A stretch of DNA of 64,000 nt from Vicugna vicugna (lineage: Eukaryota), in the NCBI GenBank assembly GCA_013265495.1, contig MU058241.1, positions 1-64,000 of the forward strand, given 5' to 3'. Shown here one piece after another: positions 50,501 to 62,168 of this stretch. The notes beneath the pieces are model-generated. The model ran no database searches and was not told the DNA's origin. It saw only the letters and a program-made list of their open reading frames with translations. The position numbers and the translations under genes are program-made. Positions within the stretch are counted from its first letter, which is position 1. Each line of letters opens with the position of its first letter.

Positions 50501-51711
50501 AAATCCAAACAAATATATGACCAAGAGGTATGGCTTTACTTCTCCATTTTATTAGGAGAGTCCTGAAAAGGGAAATGTTTTCAGACCCAAAAGGAATCTG
50601 TCAGTCACTGAGATGAGAACCTCAGAGGCGGAAGCAGGATGGTGGCAGGAGATCAAACCCCCTTACCCTCAGTTTTTGCTGTGCTCAGGCACCGGTGACA
50701 ACTCCCATCACTGAAGAGCCAAGAAGGCCTGGAGTCAGGAGGGGAAGTGCCAGTGTTTTCCGGGGGTTTGCTTAAGGACTCCCCAGTATAACTGTGGTGC
50801 CACATCCAATGTCAGAGAGCTTCTTGGTAGAAGCTCCAGTGCTGTGGAGGCCAAACATGGAAGGAAAGGAAGAGGCAGCTGGAAGCACTTGGGGACGGGT
50901 CTGGGGTGGGAGGGGGACCAACTGGCCTGAAGGCCGAGGCGGAATCTGATTCCAGGACCAGCCAGATGGAGTGGGGAGCGTGGAGCAGAGTGGAAGGGCC
51001 CAGAGGTTTCACATGGTGCCAGAGCAACACCTACAAGGAACACCTTGAGGAGCCTTGGGCCTGGTCCACTCTGTCCCTGAAAGAGGCAACGGTCATCCCT
51101 AGAACAAAAGAAATCGCTCGGCAAATAAACTTCAGGACAAACGAGGCGGGTGGGACCATCTGAAGCCCTTTAACCTCCCTGGCGGGGGTCGAGGGGGGAG
51201 CATTTCATTTTAGCTCTATCAAGCTGCTTTTTGTGGCAAAATATGTGCACAATAAACGGTGCCTTTTAAAAGTCAGAGCCTAAGGTTCTGAGACTATTTA
51301 GTCTGAGGTTACCAGTGCCAATTTTGGAGCGAGACACCCTGGCTTTGAATTTCGAGCCCATTGCTGGCTGATGTGGTGCATAAGCTATTTACATGGCTCT
51401 CCTCCAGATTCTGCCTCTGGAACGTGGGGCCAGGGTTGCCTCTTCTCCAGAGGCTGATTTTAGAGGAAGATTTCTGTGTTCTGCACTACGCTTAGTACCC
51501 AGTACTGGCTCAGCAAATTGAAGCTATGATGATTCCACCGAAATACATATCTCAAACAAAGAAATAGAGTGTGAGCAGACACTATTAAGTATATGACTTG
51601 GAGGGTGTTAGCGCAAAACCCGAAGTAAAACAACCACCAAAAAAGTTGGGGAGAAGAGGCCTGGGAATTATGAAGGGACTGATTGCCTGAAAAATACAAA
51701 ACATTAAGCTA

Positions 51712-51900
51712 GAGCAGTGATTTTCAAACTGAAAGTTCAGCAGAACCTCTGGGAGGACTTTACCCAACCCAGATGGCTGGGCCCCTGCCCTGGCATTTCT
51801 GATTTAGCATGTCTGGTGGAAACCCAAGAATTTGCATTTCTAACACGTTCCCAGCAGAGGCTGATGCTGGTCTAAGGAACACACTTTGAGAACCACTGTG
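51712..51900. mobile_element. MER5A-like hAT-Charlie element
   Basis: cagtgattttcaaact...gctgggcccctgccc...gaatttgcatttctaacacgttcccag...acactttgagaaccactg. Confidence 0.8.
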
Positions 51901-52091
51901 CTGCAGAAACTTGCCATTGGAATATTATTAATAAATAGCTCATGCATTTGACGAGCACTTGAAGGGGCTGCAAGTTCACATTTAGTCACATGAGTAAACA
52001 ACAAAAGGAATGCAACTCATTTGTTTTTCCATCCTAGCCATTAAAAAAAAAAATACGAAATGGTGCTGGACTGAGGATGTATATATATTTC

Positions 52092-52470
52092 CTAGTAGAC
52101 TGGTTTTCTACTGCTGTGTCACAAATTACCCTGAATTTAGAGACTTTCAACAACACACACCTGTCACCTCACAGTTTCCTGTGTCAGGAGTCTGCACATG
52201 GGATAACCAGGTCCTCTGCTCAGGGTCTCACCAGGGGGCAATCGAGGTGTCATCAGGGCTGCTTTTTCATCTGAAGCTCATGGTTCTTTTCCAAGTTCAC
52301 TGGTTTTTGGCTGATTCAGTTCCTTGTGGTTGCAGGACTGAGGCCCTCCACTCCTGCAGGCCTCTCCTTTCCATAGGCAGCTCACAAGTGGCTGTTTGTT
52401 TTGTGTCTGAGGCCAGCAGGAGAATCTCTCTGCTTTCATAAAGTTCACCTGATTAAGCCAGGCCCACATT
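52092..52470 (-). mobile_element. MaLR LTR (MLT1H-like) fragment
   Basis: gttttctactgctgtgtcacaaattaccc...tcacagtttcctgtgtcaggagtctg...attcagttccttgtggttgcaggactgaggccc. Confidence 0.7.
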
Positions 52471-52570
52471 TCATAAAGTTCACCTGACTAAGCCAGGCCC
52501 ACATTTCATAAAGCTCACCTGACTAAGCCAGGCCCACATTTCAAAAAGCTCACCTGATAAAGCCAGGCCC
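52434..52570 (+). repeat. Minisatellite, 35-bp unit, about 4 copies
   Basis: Unit tttcataaagttcacctgattaagccaggcccaca starts at 52434, 52469, 52504 and 52539. Confidence 0.95.
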
Positions 52571-53406
52571 CCTGCTCCTCTGTGTTTCATTGTTACATCT
52601 CTTCGTGAGGGGGTGGGGCACATGCACAGATGGAAACATTTAGCAGTGCATACTTACAACAATGCCCACTACTGGAATCTACAGAGAGGTGCAAGGCTAG
52701 GTTCCTGACATTAAGGAATGTCTAGGAGGTTAAGAAAGTTCAGACTTGTCAAGGACAAGCTTACCAAAGTCACTGCAGTGCCACACAGGGTGCCATTACC
52801 CTACTGTCTCCTTTGGGCATTGCCCTCATTGTCCTGCACAAGTCAAAGCAAGGGTGGCCTTACATGTGTGACCCTCTGCTGGGAAGGGACCACATCAGCA
52901 GTGCTTGAACCCCCAAGTATCTCATGCAGTCCCTTGTGGTTGCCCTCCTCAGAGGACTGGGACATGAATCCAATGGAATTCAGGCTGGGAGATGGATTCT
53001 AGTCTTAGAGATGTGCTGTCCTGGTCATCCAGTCCTTCCCTGTGCAGTCTGTGGCACTGGCCTTCTCCATATGGCTTTACGCCTTTAGTCCACAGCCCCT
53101 CATGGCAAGAAGTCTCTCTAGTTTCTTCCACCTTGCTCTCCCATGGTAGTTCTTCCCCGACGGCCCCCACATCCATTCACAGCCCTGCTCTGCCCTGAGG
53201 TGCAGGGTGGAAGCTGGCTCCTGGCAACGGCGTCCTCTGCTGTAGTCGGCAAGCTTTGTCTGTTGCAGCCGTAGCACCCATCTGTTTCCTGCTCACGACG
53301 CACACAGGCTGTGCGTGAGCACCCCTGAGCTAGACTTGCCTCAGCTCCACGTGTCTCCCTACACCTGGAGCCAGGTCCTATCTGAAGGCCAAAGGCTTTC
53401 ACCTTC

Positions 53407-53553
53407 TTTCATTTTTGTGTTTTTGGGTTTTTTTGTGCGGGGAGGTAATTGGGTTTATTTATTTATTTTTTAATGGAGGGACTGGGGATTGAACCCAGGA
53501 CCTTGGGCATGCTAGGCATGTGCTCTACCACTGAGCTCTACCCTCCCCACCCC
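53407..53553 (-). mobile_element. tRNA-derived SINE (Vic-1-like), inserted in an MLT1 remnant
   Basis: actggggattgaacccaggaccttgggcatgctaggcatgtgctctaccactgagctctaccctcccc; imperfect TSD ggctttcaccttc / ggcttcatcttc. Confidence 0.9.
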
Positions 53554-54704
53554 TGGCTTCATCTTCAACTCCAGCAACACGGCCTCTCTCTTGCCATTTT
53601 TCCACAGTCACATCTTCTTCTCTGATCTGAACTCTTCTGCCTCTGTCCTCCACATTTATGCACCCTTGTCACTACACTGGGCCTACTCAAATAACCCCAG
53701 ATTTGTGGAGACTTGCAAGAGAACTGTCCTATTTCACACACACCTACGGGTGGGGGAATGACTCCACACTTCACTTCATGAGACTTTCAGAAGTTGTGCT
53801 AAATATAGACGTGAAAATTAAAGAGCCACCTGGACTAAGAAAGAATGGCCAGCGGCAGAGCTGACGTTCATTTCACATGGCACTGAGTCACCCACTCTTT
53901 GCGCATCCTGTTTGCTGGAGGCTTTTCCCTTTGGACCAGACGTGGGGCTCTTAGATCCTGTCTCCCATTGCAGAATCCCAAATCAACTTTAGAAGGTAGA
54001 CATGACTGAGTGACAATTCTAGAATTTCCATCCCAAAGAGAAGAGGATGGACCCAGCAGTTCCATCACATCAAACACCCAGAGGACATTGCTTCCTCTTA
54101 GTTGTGATAAAGCAGGAGAATCGGGGTATGGCCCTCACAACCGTGCTGAGCTAACCAGTGGCTGACCAGTTGCTGGGCATTTGGGAGCATCTCCTTTGTA
54201 GAAGGTTGAAAGCTCAGTCTTAGCTGTTAACTGAGTTGCTCAAAGTGACACAGCTCGCGGGAAGGGCTGGGCCTTCACACTCAGCATCCCTCCTTCCTTC
54301 CTTCCTTCCCTTCCCCGTTCCTTCTCTCTCTCTCTTTCTTTTTTCCCCTTCTATGCTGTTTTGAGTATCAACAGTGCTTTTGCAGGTTGAGAGATCAGAA
54401 CAGGGTCAACCCATGGGGAGGTCACGAGTGGAAAGGAGCTTCTTGGTTCGGTAATGTCCCCTTTCTTGACCCAAATGTGGGTTCCACAAGAGTGTTCAGT
54501 TTAAGGAAATTCATTAAGCTCCACACTTAAATTTTTTTGTATGTTTCTGCACATATTTCTTTCAGAGCAAGTTTTCAGAAAAACTAAATGAGGCATAGAG
54601 GGAACTAGAAAATCTTTCCTCTCATGAGTCCCCTCTGTGCACAAATACAGTTTGTCAGCTGGTCTTTGTACTGTTAATTTTGTAGCTTTGTAGTCCAGAA
54701 AGAC

Positions 54705-55305
54705 AACTCTATGACGATCCAGCAATCCTACTTCTGGGTGAATATATACATATCTCCAGAAGAACTGAAAGGGAGATCTTAAATTGATATTTACACACCC
54801 ACAGTCATAGCAAAATTATTCACAATAGCCAACATGTGGAACCAATCCAAATGCCCATTAAAGGACAAGCAAAATGCAGTCCATACACACTATATATATA
54901 TGTTTATATATATATATATATATATTTATATATACATTGGAATATGATTCAGCCTCGAAAGAGAAGGTTCCAGTCCTATCGCATGCCCCAGTATTGATGA
55001 ACCCTGAGCCCATTATGCTAAGTGACATAAGCCATCCACAAAAGGGCAAATACTGTAGGATTCCACTTACACGAGGTAGGCAAAGTACTCAAATTCATAG
55101 GAGCAGAAAGTAGAATGGTGGGAGGGGGAATGGAGAGTCGTCTAATGGGTATAGCATCGCAGTTTTGCAAGATGAAGGAGCTCTGGAGCTCTGTTTCCCA
55201 CAATGTGAACATACTTAACATTACTGAGCTGTACACTTAAAAAATGAGTAAGACCGTAAATTTTGTTATGTGTTTTTACTGCAATACTAATAATAATAAT
55301 AAAAA
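54705..55305 (+). mobile_element. L1MA/MB-like 3' end containing a (TA)n microsatellite (about 54890-54935)
   Basis: gatccagcaatcctacttctgggt...ttattcacaatagccaa...cattatgctaagtgacataagcc...caatgtgaacatacttaacattactgagctgtacacttaaaa. Confidence 0.85.
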
Positions 55306-56059
55306 GATAACTGAAAACACCCAAGTCCTATAGATTTTTCTCTCTGTGTCTCTTAAAAGACGTAAAATTGCATCTCATTTAATTGTTCTGGTAACAAAGA
55401 AGAAAGCACAGGCACATCTCACTGGCAAGCTAACTTGCGATCCTTCCGATTCGCATGCAGCTCGCTCTGCGGTACCATCCACCTATTCTTTCCCCGGGGC
55501 ATCTTTTCAGGAAACGCGCTGGCAGGGGAGTGGCTGTCTTCTGTGGCTGTGTGACGGCCCACTGATTCCACACCTCCACCCTCCCCGCCTCTCCAGCTAC
55601 AAGCTGATCAGGTTTGTAGGGACCCTCCAGAGAGTCAGTTTATGACCCGCTGTGATGCTCGGAGACCAGGGCTCCTAGATAGCTGCGTCAGCTGAGCAGA
55701 CAACGCCTCCTCTCCCGCCGAGTCCCCTTGCTCTGTGGATCATCAGAAAGGGAGAGGTCCACAGGTGCCTATCCTCGTGTGGCTATTCAAGATGCCGATG
55801 GAGGGATCCACACTCCGGCCAGGATAAACGTAGTGTCCACTGGTGCCCGGCTTATGACTCCTGTCCTGTGTGTCTGTTACCCGTGAAGGGCCGCTTTGGT
55901 GGGACTCTCGAGGAATGTCCTTTCTTTTCCCTTTCCTCTCTGTGAGTGCGGAAGACTTTGCTCCCAGGTGCTTCCTGCGGCCCTTCCTCTCCCAGGTCCC
56001 CTGCTCTCCACAGGACACAGTATAAGTACATGGCTGTGTTCTTCTATCAGGCATGAGTG

Positions 56060-56865
56060 CTGTGCATACCTACTAGGATGGCTACCATGAAAACAAACAA
56101 AATAGCCGGTGCCGGCCAGGAGGTGGAGGAACGGGAACCGCAGGACACTGCTGATGGGAATGTAAAACAGTGCAGCCGCTGTGAGAAACAGCTGGTGGTG
56201 CCTCAAAAAGTTAAACACGGAGCTACCATATGACCGAATAATCCAGCCTCCAGGTATGAACCCCAAAGAACTGAGAGTGGAACCCAAACAGATACCGTAC
56301 ACCGGTGTGCACTGCAGCATTATTTGCAAGAGCTGAAAGGTGGAAACAGCCCAGGTGTCCATCAACAGATGCGTGAACGAGCAAAATGCAGTCCATCCAG
56401 GCGATGGAGTATTATTCAGCCTAAAAAAGGAAAGAAGGTCTGATACTTGCTTCAACACGGATGGAGCTGGAAAGTTATGCTGGGAGAAATAAAGGCAGAT
56501 GCCAAAGGACAAATACTGTAGGATTCCACTTACATGACACAGCCAGAATGGACAGGTTCACAGAGAGAGAAAATAGACTGGAGGTTACTGGGGAGAGGCT
56601 GTGGGACAAGAAGAAATGGAGAGTTACTGCGCAATTGTTACAGACTCTCAGCGGGAGAAGATGAACAAGTTCTGGAGATGTTGTACATCAACTGTACCCC
56701 AATTAAAAAAAAAAGACTTAACCATAAAAAAAAGTTCTCAAGATGGATATTGGTGATGTTTACATGACAATGTGAACCTCCTTAACACCAATGAATTGGG
56801 GTTACAAATAGTTAAAGTGGCAAATTTTATGTTATATGTATTTTATCATAATTAAAAGAAAAATA
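56060..56865 (+). mobile_element. L1MB-like 3' end
   Basis: ctgctgatgggaatgtaaaacagtgcagccgctgtg...cctcaaaaagttaaac...tggaaacagcccaggtgtccatcaacagat...caaaggacaaatactgtaggattccact. Confidence 0.85.
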
Positions 56866-57099
56866 AGGAATGAGTGATAAAAGTGGTGACAGGTCAAGAG
56901 GACCATAGTGAAAGCTACCAGGAGACAGGGGTTGCACGAGGGAGACAGAGCCCTGCTCCCTCCTCGGATACCTGTTCTCTGCCTCTGCACAGTGGTCCAG
57001 TGATGGGGGTGGTGTGGGAAGGAACCCCCTCCACTCCTCCTCCACATTCTTAAAGTTCCCTCATTGTCTGTTGCAGATCCTCAATCCTCATCGTGATGG

Positions 57100-57563
57100 T
57101 TTCCCAAGGCCGTTGTACCTAATTACCACAAGCTGGAAGCGCCTTCAAACACACACATGCAAGCTCTTCCAGTCCTGGAGGTCAGCAGGCTCAAACGGGA
57201 TGTTCCAAGGCTGGTCCTTCCTTCAGGCTCTCAGGGGAATCTGTCTTTCTGCCTCTTCCAGGCTCTAGGGGCTGCCTGCCTTCTGTGGCCACGGCCCCTG
57301 CCTCCATCTTCAAAGCCTGAAGAGTAGCATCTTAACATCTCTGACTCAGACCTCTGCTTCCAACCTCACGCCTCCTCCTCTTCCTCCGACTTGGCCACCT
57401 TCCTCTCAGAGGGACGCTTGGGATTCACTAGGCCTGCTGGATAATCCAGGACAATTGCTCCATCTCCACATCTGTCAAGTCTCTTTGCCACGTAAGGTCA
57501 CAGAGTCCCAGGAGTTGAGGATTAAAATGTGAACATCTTTGGGGCCTGTATTCTGCCTACCAC
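57100..57563 (-). mobile_element. MaLR solo LTR (MLT1C/D-like)
   Basis: tgcctcttccaggctctaggggctgcc...cctccatcttcaaagcc...ggataatccaggacaatt...ctttgccacgtaaggtcaca...ttggggcctgtattctgcctaccaca. Confidence 0.8.
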
Positions 57564-59047
57564 ACTCATCCTCTCCTGCATTCAAGCTCGTCTTTCTCCT
57601 GCGGGTCCCAGCTTCCAAGTTAACTCATGATGCAAATTCCTCGCCCCAGGTTTTGGACCTTTCCAACCCCGATTCCTGCTGCTCCTGGCCGATCTGGAAG
57701 CCCTGTGCTAGGAGACACAGCTACGCTTCTCTGCTGAAGGGCGCCTTGCTCCCTGACCCTCTGTCTCACCTGATACGGAATCACGGTACATGTGGGTCTG
57801 AAGTTCCAGGCTGGCTCACCCACTAAAGGCAGTTCTCCAGGAAAATACAAGGGTCTATACAATTATTGCCAGGTCCTCAGGGAGAGCGTGGATGGGGGGC
57901 CTTTGTCGTCTGTCCTGGGACAGTCCACCATCGTAGGACATTCATTTCATACAAAAATATGTTCTGTGTTCCAAGCAAATCACTTGTGAAAGCCAGTGTT
58001 GGAAGCCAGCCTGAGTGCGTGAGAATGCTCTGCTGACATTTGGTGTTGTACATCCAAGCATCCGAAGCAAATACATAAAATAACGAAGCAAATATAAGAT
58101 GTAAAAAAAAGGTGGGAAAGTTAAAGTCAGCAGGAGAACAGTGCAGGGGCTTAACATCCATCTAGAGAAGCAGTGCGTGCAAATAAACAAACCAGAACTG
58201 CGAATTACTGAATGAACCAAACATTGCCTCCGACTCACCGGATCCTGACTCTTTTATGAGACGTAATCTGAGACGCCGAGCTCTCAGGAGTCAACAGCAG
58301 GCCACCCCTTCTCCCAGCAGCTCACACATGACTGAGGTTTACTCCCATTAGCCAAGCTCCGAGGCACACAAACTTACTTTCTAGCTGTCCCCCGCTCCTT
58401 TCTGGGAGCCCTGCCTCTCCCCGGGGCTGACAGCTCCTTGTCTTGGTTCCCACCGGCTCAACATGGTACGTTCTCTGCTGCATCGGCTCTGTCCAATCAG
58501 GCAACCACTCACATTCCAGAACCTTCTGACACCTCTTCCTTCCATCTTCAAAACTTATCTGCTCTATCCTTTGCTAATGGACTAAAAGAATCAGCCAAAC
58601 AGGGTCCAACTGGACAGGAAACAGAGGGTTTCTGGAACTGGGTAATTTGAAGAGCATTTTGCAAAGAGCTTGATTATAAAGCTGTGGTCATGGCCTGAGG
58701 CAGAGCTGGCCAAGACTGACCCTAAAACACATCCGCCACAGAGCGGTGCCTGATGGTCTCACTTGGCCCCTTTTTGGGTTGAGGCAGGGTTCTCAGCACT
58801 TCTGACATTTCGGGGCCGGGCCACTCTAGGCTGAAGGGGCCGCCCTGTGCACCATGAGATACTGAGCAGCAACCCTGGATAGATTTGAGACCTGGAGCTC
58901 ACGGGTGATCTTTGTGGTATGAGGATCTACAGGAAACCGCTTGCTGCCTCTAGGGGTTGGGCCAGTCTTGAGTGGCAAGACGTTTTCCGTGAGCCTTGCT
59001 GGAAGTCTCCAGCGAGCACCACAGAAAACAAGTGGCCTCACACGTCT

Positions 59048-59545
59048 CGTGTTATGAGTTGAACTGTGCTCCGCTCCCCCAAAGGTCTGGTGCAGTTCCC
59101 GCCTCTGGTGCCTGTGAATGTCCTCTTACTTGGAAGTCGGGTCTCTGCAGATGCTGTTAGCTAAGATGAGGTCCTACAGGTTGAGGAGGGCACTGACGCA
59201 AACCCTCTATGCCTGACCTCCTTGTAAGAAGAGATGATGACAGGCAGAGACAGACACCACAGAGGGAAGATGGTGTGAGGATACTCATGGAAGAGACCAT
59301 GTGATGACAGAGACTGGAGGGAGGCGTCCACAAGCCAAGTGACATCAAGTACTGCTGGCAACAGCAGAAGCTAAGAGCAAGGCCTCGAATGGGTTTTCCC
59401 CGAAAGCCCCCAGAGGGCGTGACTCTGCCTCAACACCTTGACTTCAGACTTCTGGCCCCTAGAACTGGGACAGAATAGATTTCTGTTGTTTGGAGTCACC
59501 CAGGTTGCGGCCCCAGTTTTGGCAGTCTCAGGAAACAAACACAGC
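59048..59545 (+). mobile_element. MaLR solo LTR (MLT1B/C-like)
   Basis: tgttatgagttgaactgtg...ctctgcagatgctgttagctaagatgaggtc...caacaccttgacttcagacttctggcccctagaactgggacagaatagatttctgttgttt. Confidence 0.8.
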
Positions 59546-59894
59546 ATTCCTGCCCTGCTCTTGTGGACGGTGCAGAATGTGACTGCACAAATATCTCTGG
59601 GACACCCTTACTCGGTCTCCCTTTCCTGTGACACACAGAGACTCGAACTCGTGGTGCCAGTGTCACGGTGGGAGCAGAGGGAAGTTGGAGACCTGGGCTC
59701 AGATGCCCACAGGCCACTCGAGAGGTCAGCCTGCTTGGTGAGTCCCTCAGACGTTGGTACGTCTTATTTTCCTTACCTGAAACATGGGTCCTATCATACT
59801 TCACAGATGAAGTTGCAGGGACTGTTAAGTGTCGTGGCAACCTGACTTCCAGCCCCACGTGGCCATTCCCAGCCTCCTCCTGCTGCTGGCGGGA

Positions 59895-59953
59895 ACCCTC
59901 ACGCAGCCCAGGTGAAGGGGGACCCTCACGCAGCCCAGGTGGAGGGTGACCCT
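59895..59953 (+). repeat. 27-bp tandem duplication, about 2.2 copies
   Basis: accctcacgcagcccaggtg(a/g)aggg at 59895 and 59922, partial third copy at 59949. Confidence 0.9.
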
Positions 59954-62023
59954 AGCACTGAGAAAGCACCTTCATTTTGCTGTTGCTGGGAACAGGAGGA
60001 AGGCTGCGAGTAGTCGTGTGGGCGAAAGGTACCAGGATACGGAGTGTGGGCACAGATCCTAGGAAACAGATACATTCCTATGGCCATGCAGCTAACCCTG
60101 GCCCTGATGGCAGCTCCTGTTCCAGATGCCAGGCTGCCCCAGGGAACGGAGTGGAGTCAGATGGGTCCCACCCCAAGGGTCTTGCCCTTTGGGTAGTGGG
60201 GAGGGGGCGTCCAGCCAAGGCTCTGCTGCCTACCTTTGTCCAGGCCTCCACTGTATATTGGATGCCAAGGTGGGTTAAATCCCGGCTGTCTGGGTGCAGG
60301 GCTGTGAGCGACCAGGAATGAGAGTTTTCATTTCCTGCTGGGAGACGTTCATTCCATGCACTTTGTGGTTACCGACCGGACTGTCTGTGCTCATTCTGAA
60401 AGGATGGGTTAGGAATAAGAGTAAAATGACAGTGAGTCAGCTTATTTGGGAGGTTGCTATGAACTCATACAAAAGTTCTGAATCTAAAATATTTGAAAAC
60501 TTTTATTATTTTAAGAACATCAAACAACCCTATTTAGGTTCATAAACTGTCATCTTAAGGATGTCCTCTGGGGACTTGCTTTAATGAACAAATGAGGATA
60601 ATTCATAATTAGTGTGGCACTTTTTTTGGAGCATGGGGAAAACATCCCAGTGAAATTAGGTACTAATTACCATGCTAGGAGCCAGGAATATATTTGGAAT
60701 ATCCGATGCCACATTTTTGGATGCATGCTAAAAATATCAACACCACGATAAGGGAAAACCCAATTTCTAGTTATCTAATATTTATTAAACGCATGAGGAA
60801 TAATTTATTAGTTTTGTTAAAGAGAGAAGCATGAGGAAGCTGTGCCAATTAATTTACCAGAGCTAGATTTTAATAGACTTTTGAAGACACTTGTGCTGAA
60901 TTAGTTAATTTTTCCTAGATAGTTACTGAAAAATGGTATTAAAACTCAAAGGACACGTTCCTGCATTCATTCTCCTGACAATTAATTCAAAGGCAATTGT
61001 GTTGCCACCAGCACTCCGGCTCCTCACAGCTCATGCACAGATTTGCAATTTCCATTTCCTTTTCTCAGACTAGAGTGTATATCCCGTGCCCTTCACTGTC
61101 TTCCCCAGACTAGAGGCTTTATCTCAAATGTCTCTGTTTCCGAGTTTGGAATATTTATTTATCCTGTCAGTGCTATCTTTAGGAAATTCACAGCAAGGTT
61201 TTGCTTGTTGATTCAGAAAACCTTTTTCCTCTTTTAGCAGTCTCTCCACCTAGGGCTGAGGGCTGGTTGTTAGGGAAAAGCTCCAGCATCTCAGAACCGA
61301 TCAAGTGCAGGATGTGTAGGACTTTAACAGATGAGATCGTAATTACACATTCCCAGGTCCATGTGGCTGCAAGAGGCTCAGGGGACACCATGACTGGGCA
61401 AACATAGATGGAACAACAAAGCAAAAAAAAAAGAAAAAGAAGCAAGGACGTGACAGCTAAACTGCAAGTCCTGAAAAAAAAGATCAGCTATTATTATTAC
61501 ATGTATGAAACAGCATATGCTGTTTACACATATGTAAACAACCATCATAGCTCCAGGATCTGAAAAGTAGATTAATCTAGTCCCTGCAACATTTACGCCA
61601 TTAAAGTGATTAGCCAGCCTCCTCTTCATGGAGTGAAGGTTCACTCTCACCCAGCTTCCGTCAAAAGCATACAGAATGCAAATTAGTGGGGTCCAAATTT
61701 ACTAGATCTCATTAATTATGAGCTTGCTGGTTCCTAGCAAGACATATACAAGGGATTTGAGGTTCACCATATGGGAAACCCTGGAAGCAGGAAAGTTGAA
61801 CAAGGCAGAAAGAAAAAGTAGAATGAAAGTTCACAGCTGGGAGCAGTATGGACCCCAATTTGGTTGGAAGGTGCGCAAGTGGCAGTTTCATACTCAGAGG
61901 TATTCTTGGCCAGTGAGCTGTGTCCTCTGTCTTCAGCTGGCTCTGAAATACTTTTTGATTGAATTATATGTGAGCCTTAGTTTGATTTAATACATTTTTT
62001 TTTCAAGAACAAGGGTATTCCAA

Positions 62024-62168
62024 GCGGGAGGGTATAGCTCAGTGGTAGAGCACATGCCTAGCATGCACGAGGTCCTGGGTTCAATCCCCAGTACCTCCAT
62101 CAAGTAAATAAATAAATAAGTAAAACTAATTACCTCCCTCTTGCAAATAAATAAAATTTTTAAAAAAA
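62024..62168 (+). mobile_element. tRNA-derived SINE (Vic-1-like) with intact A and B boxes
   Basis: gggagggtatagctcagtggtagagcacatgcctagcatgcacgaggtcctgggttcaatccccagtacctcc plus (TAAA)n tail. Confidence 0.93.

Noticed and set aside
52434..52570. CRISPR-like 35-bp repeat array
   Set aside because: Units are head-to-tail with no spacers, there are no cas genes, and the context is mammalian.
55877..56512. 211-aa minus-strand ORF
   Set aside because: Mostly an antisense reading of an L1MB fragment.
62026..62100. Apparent tRNA gene (also at 34250, 53480 and 925)
   Set aside because: The tRNA-like head runs into a shared non-tRNA body and A-rich tail, some copies have TSDs, and four diverged copies are present: these are SINEs.
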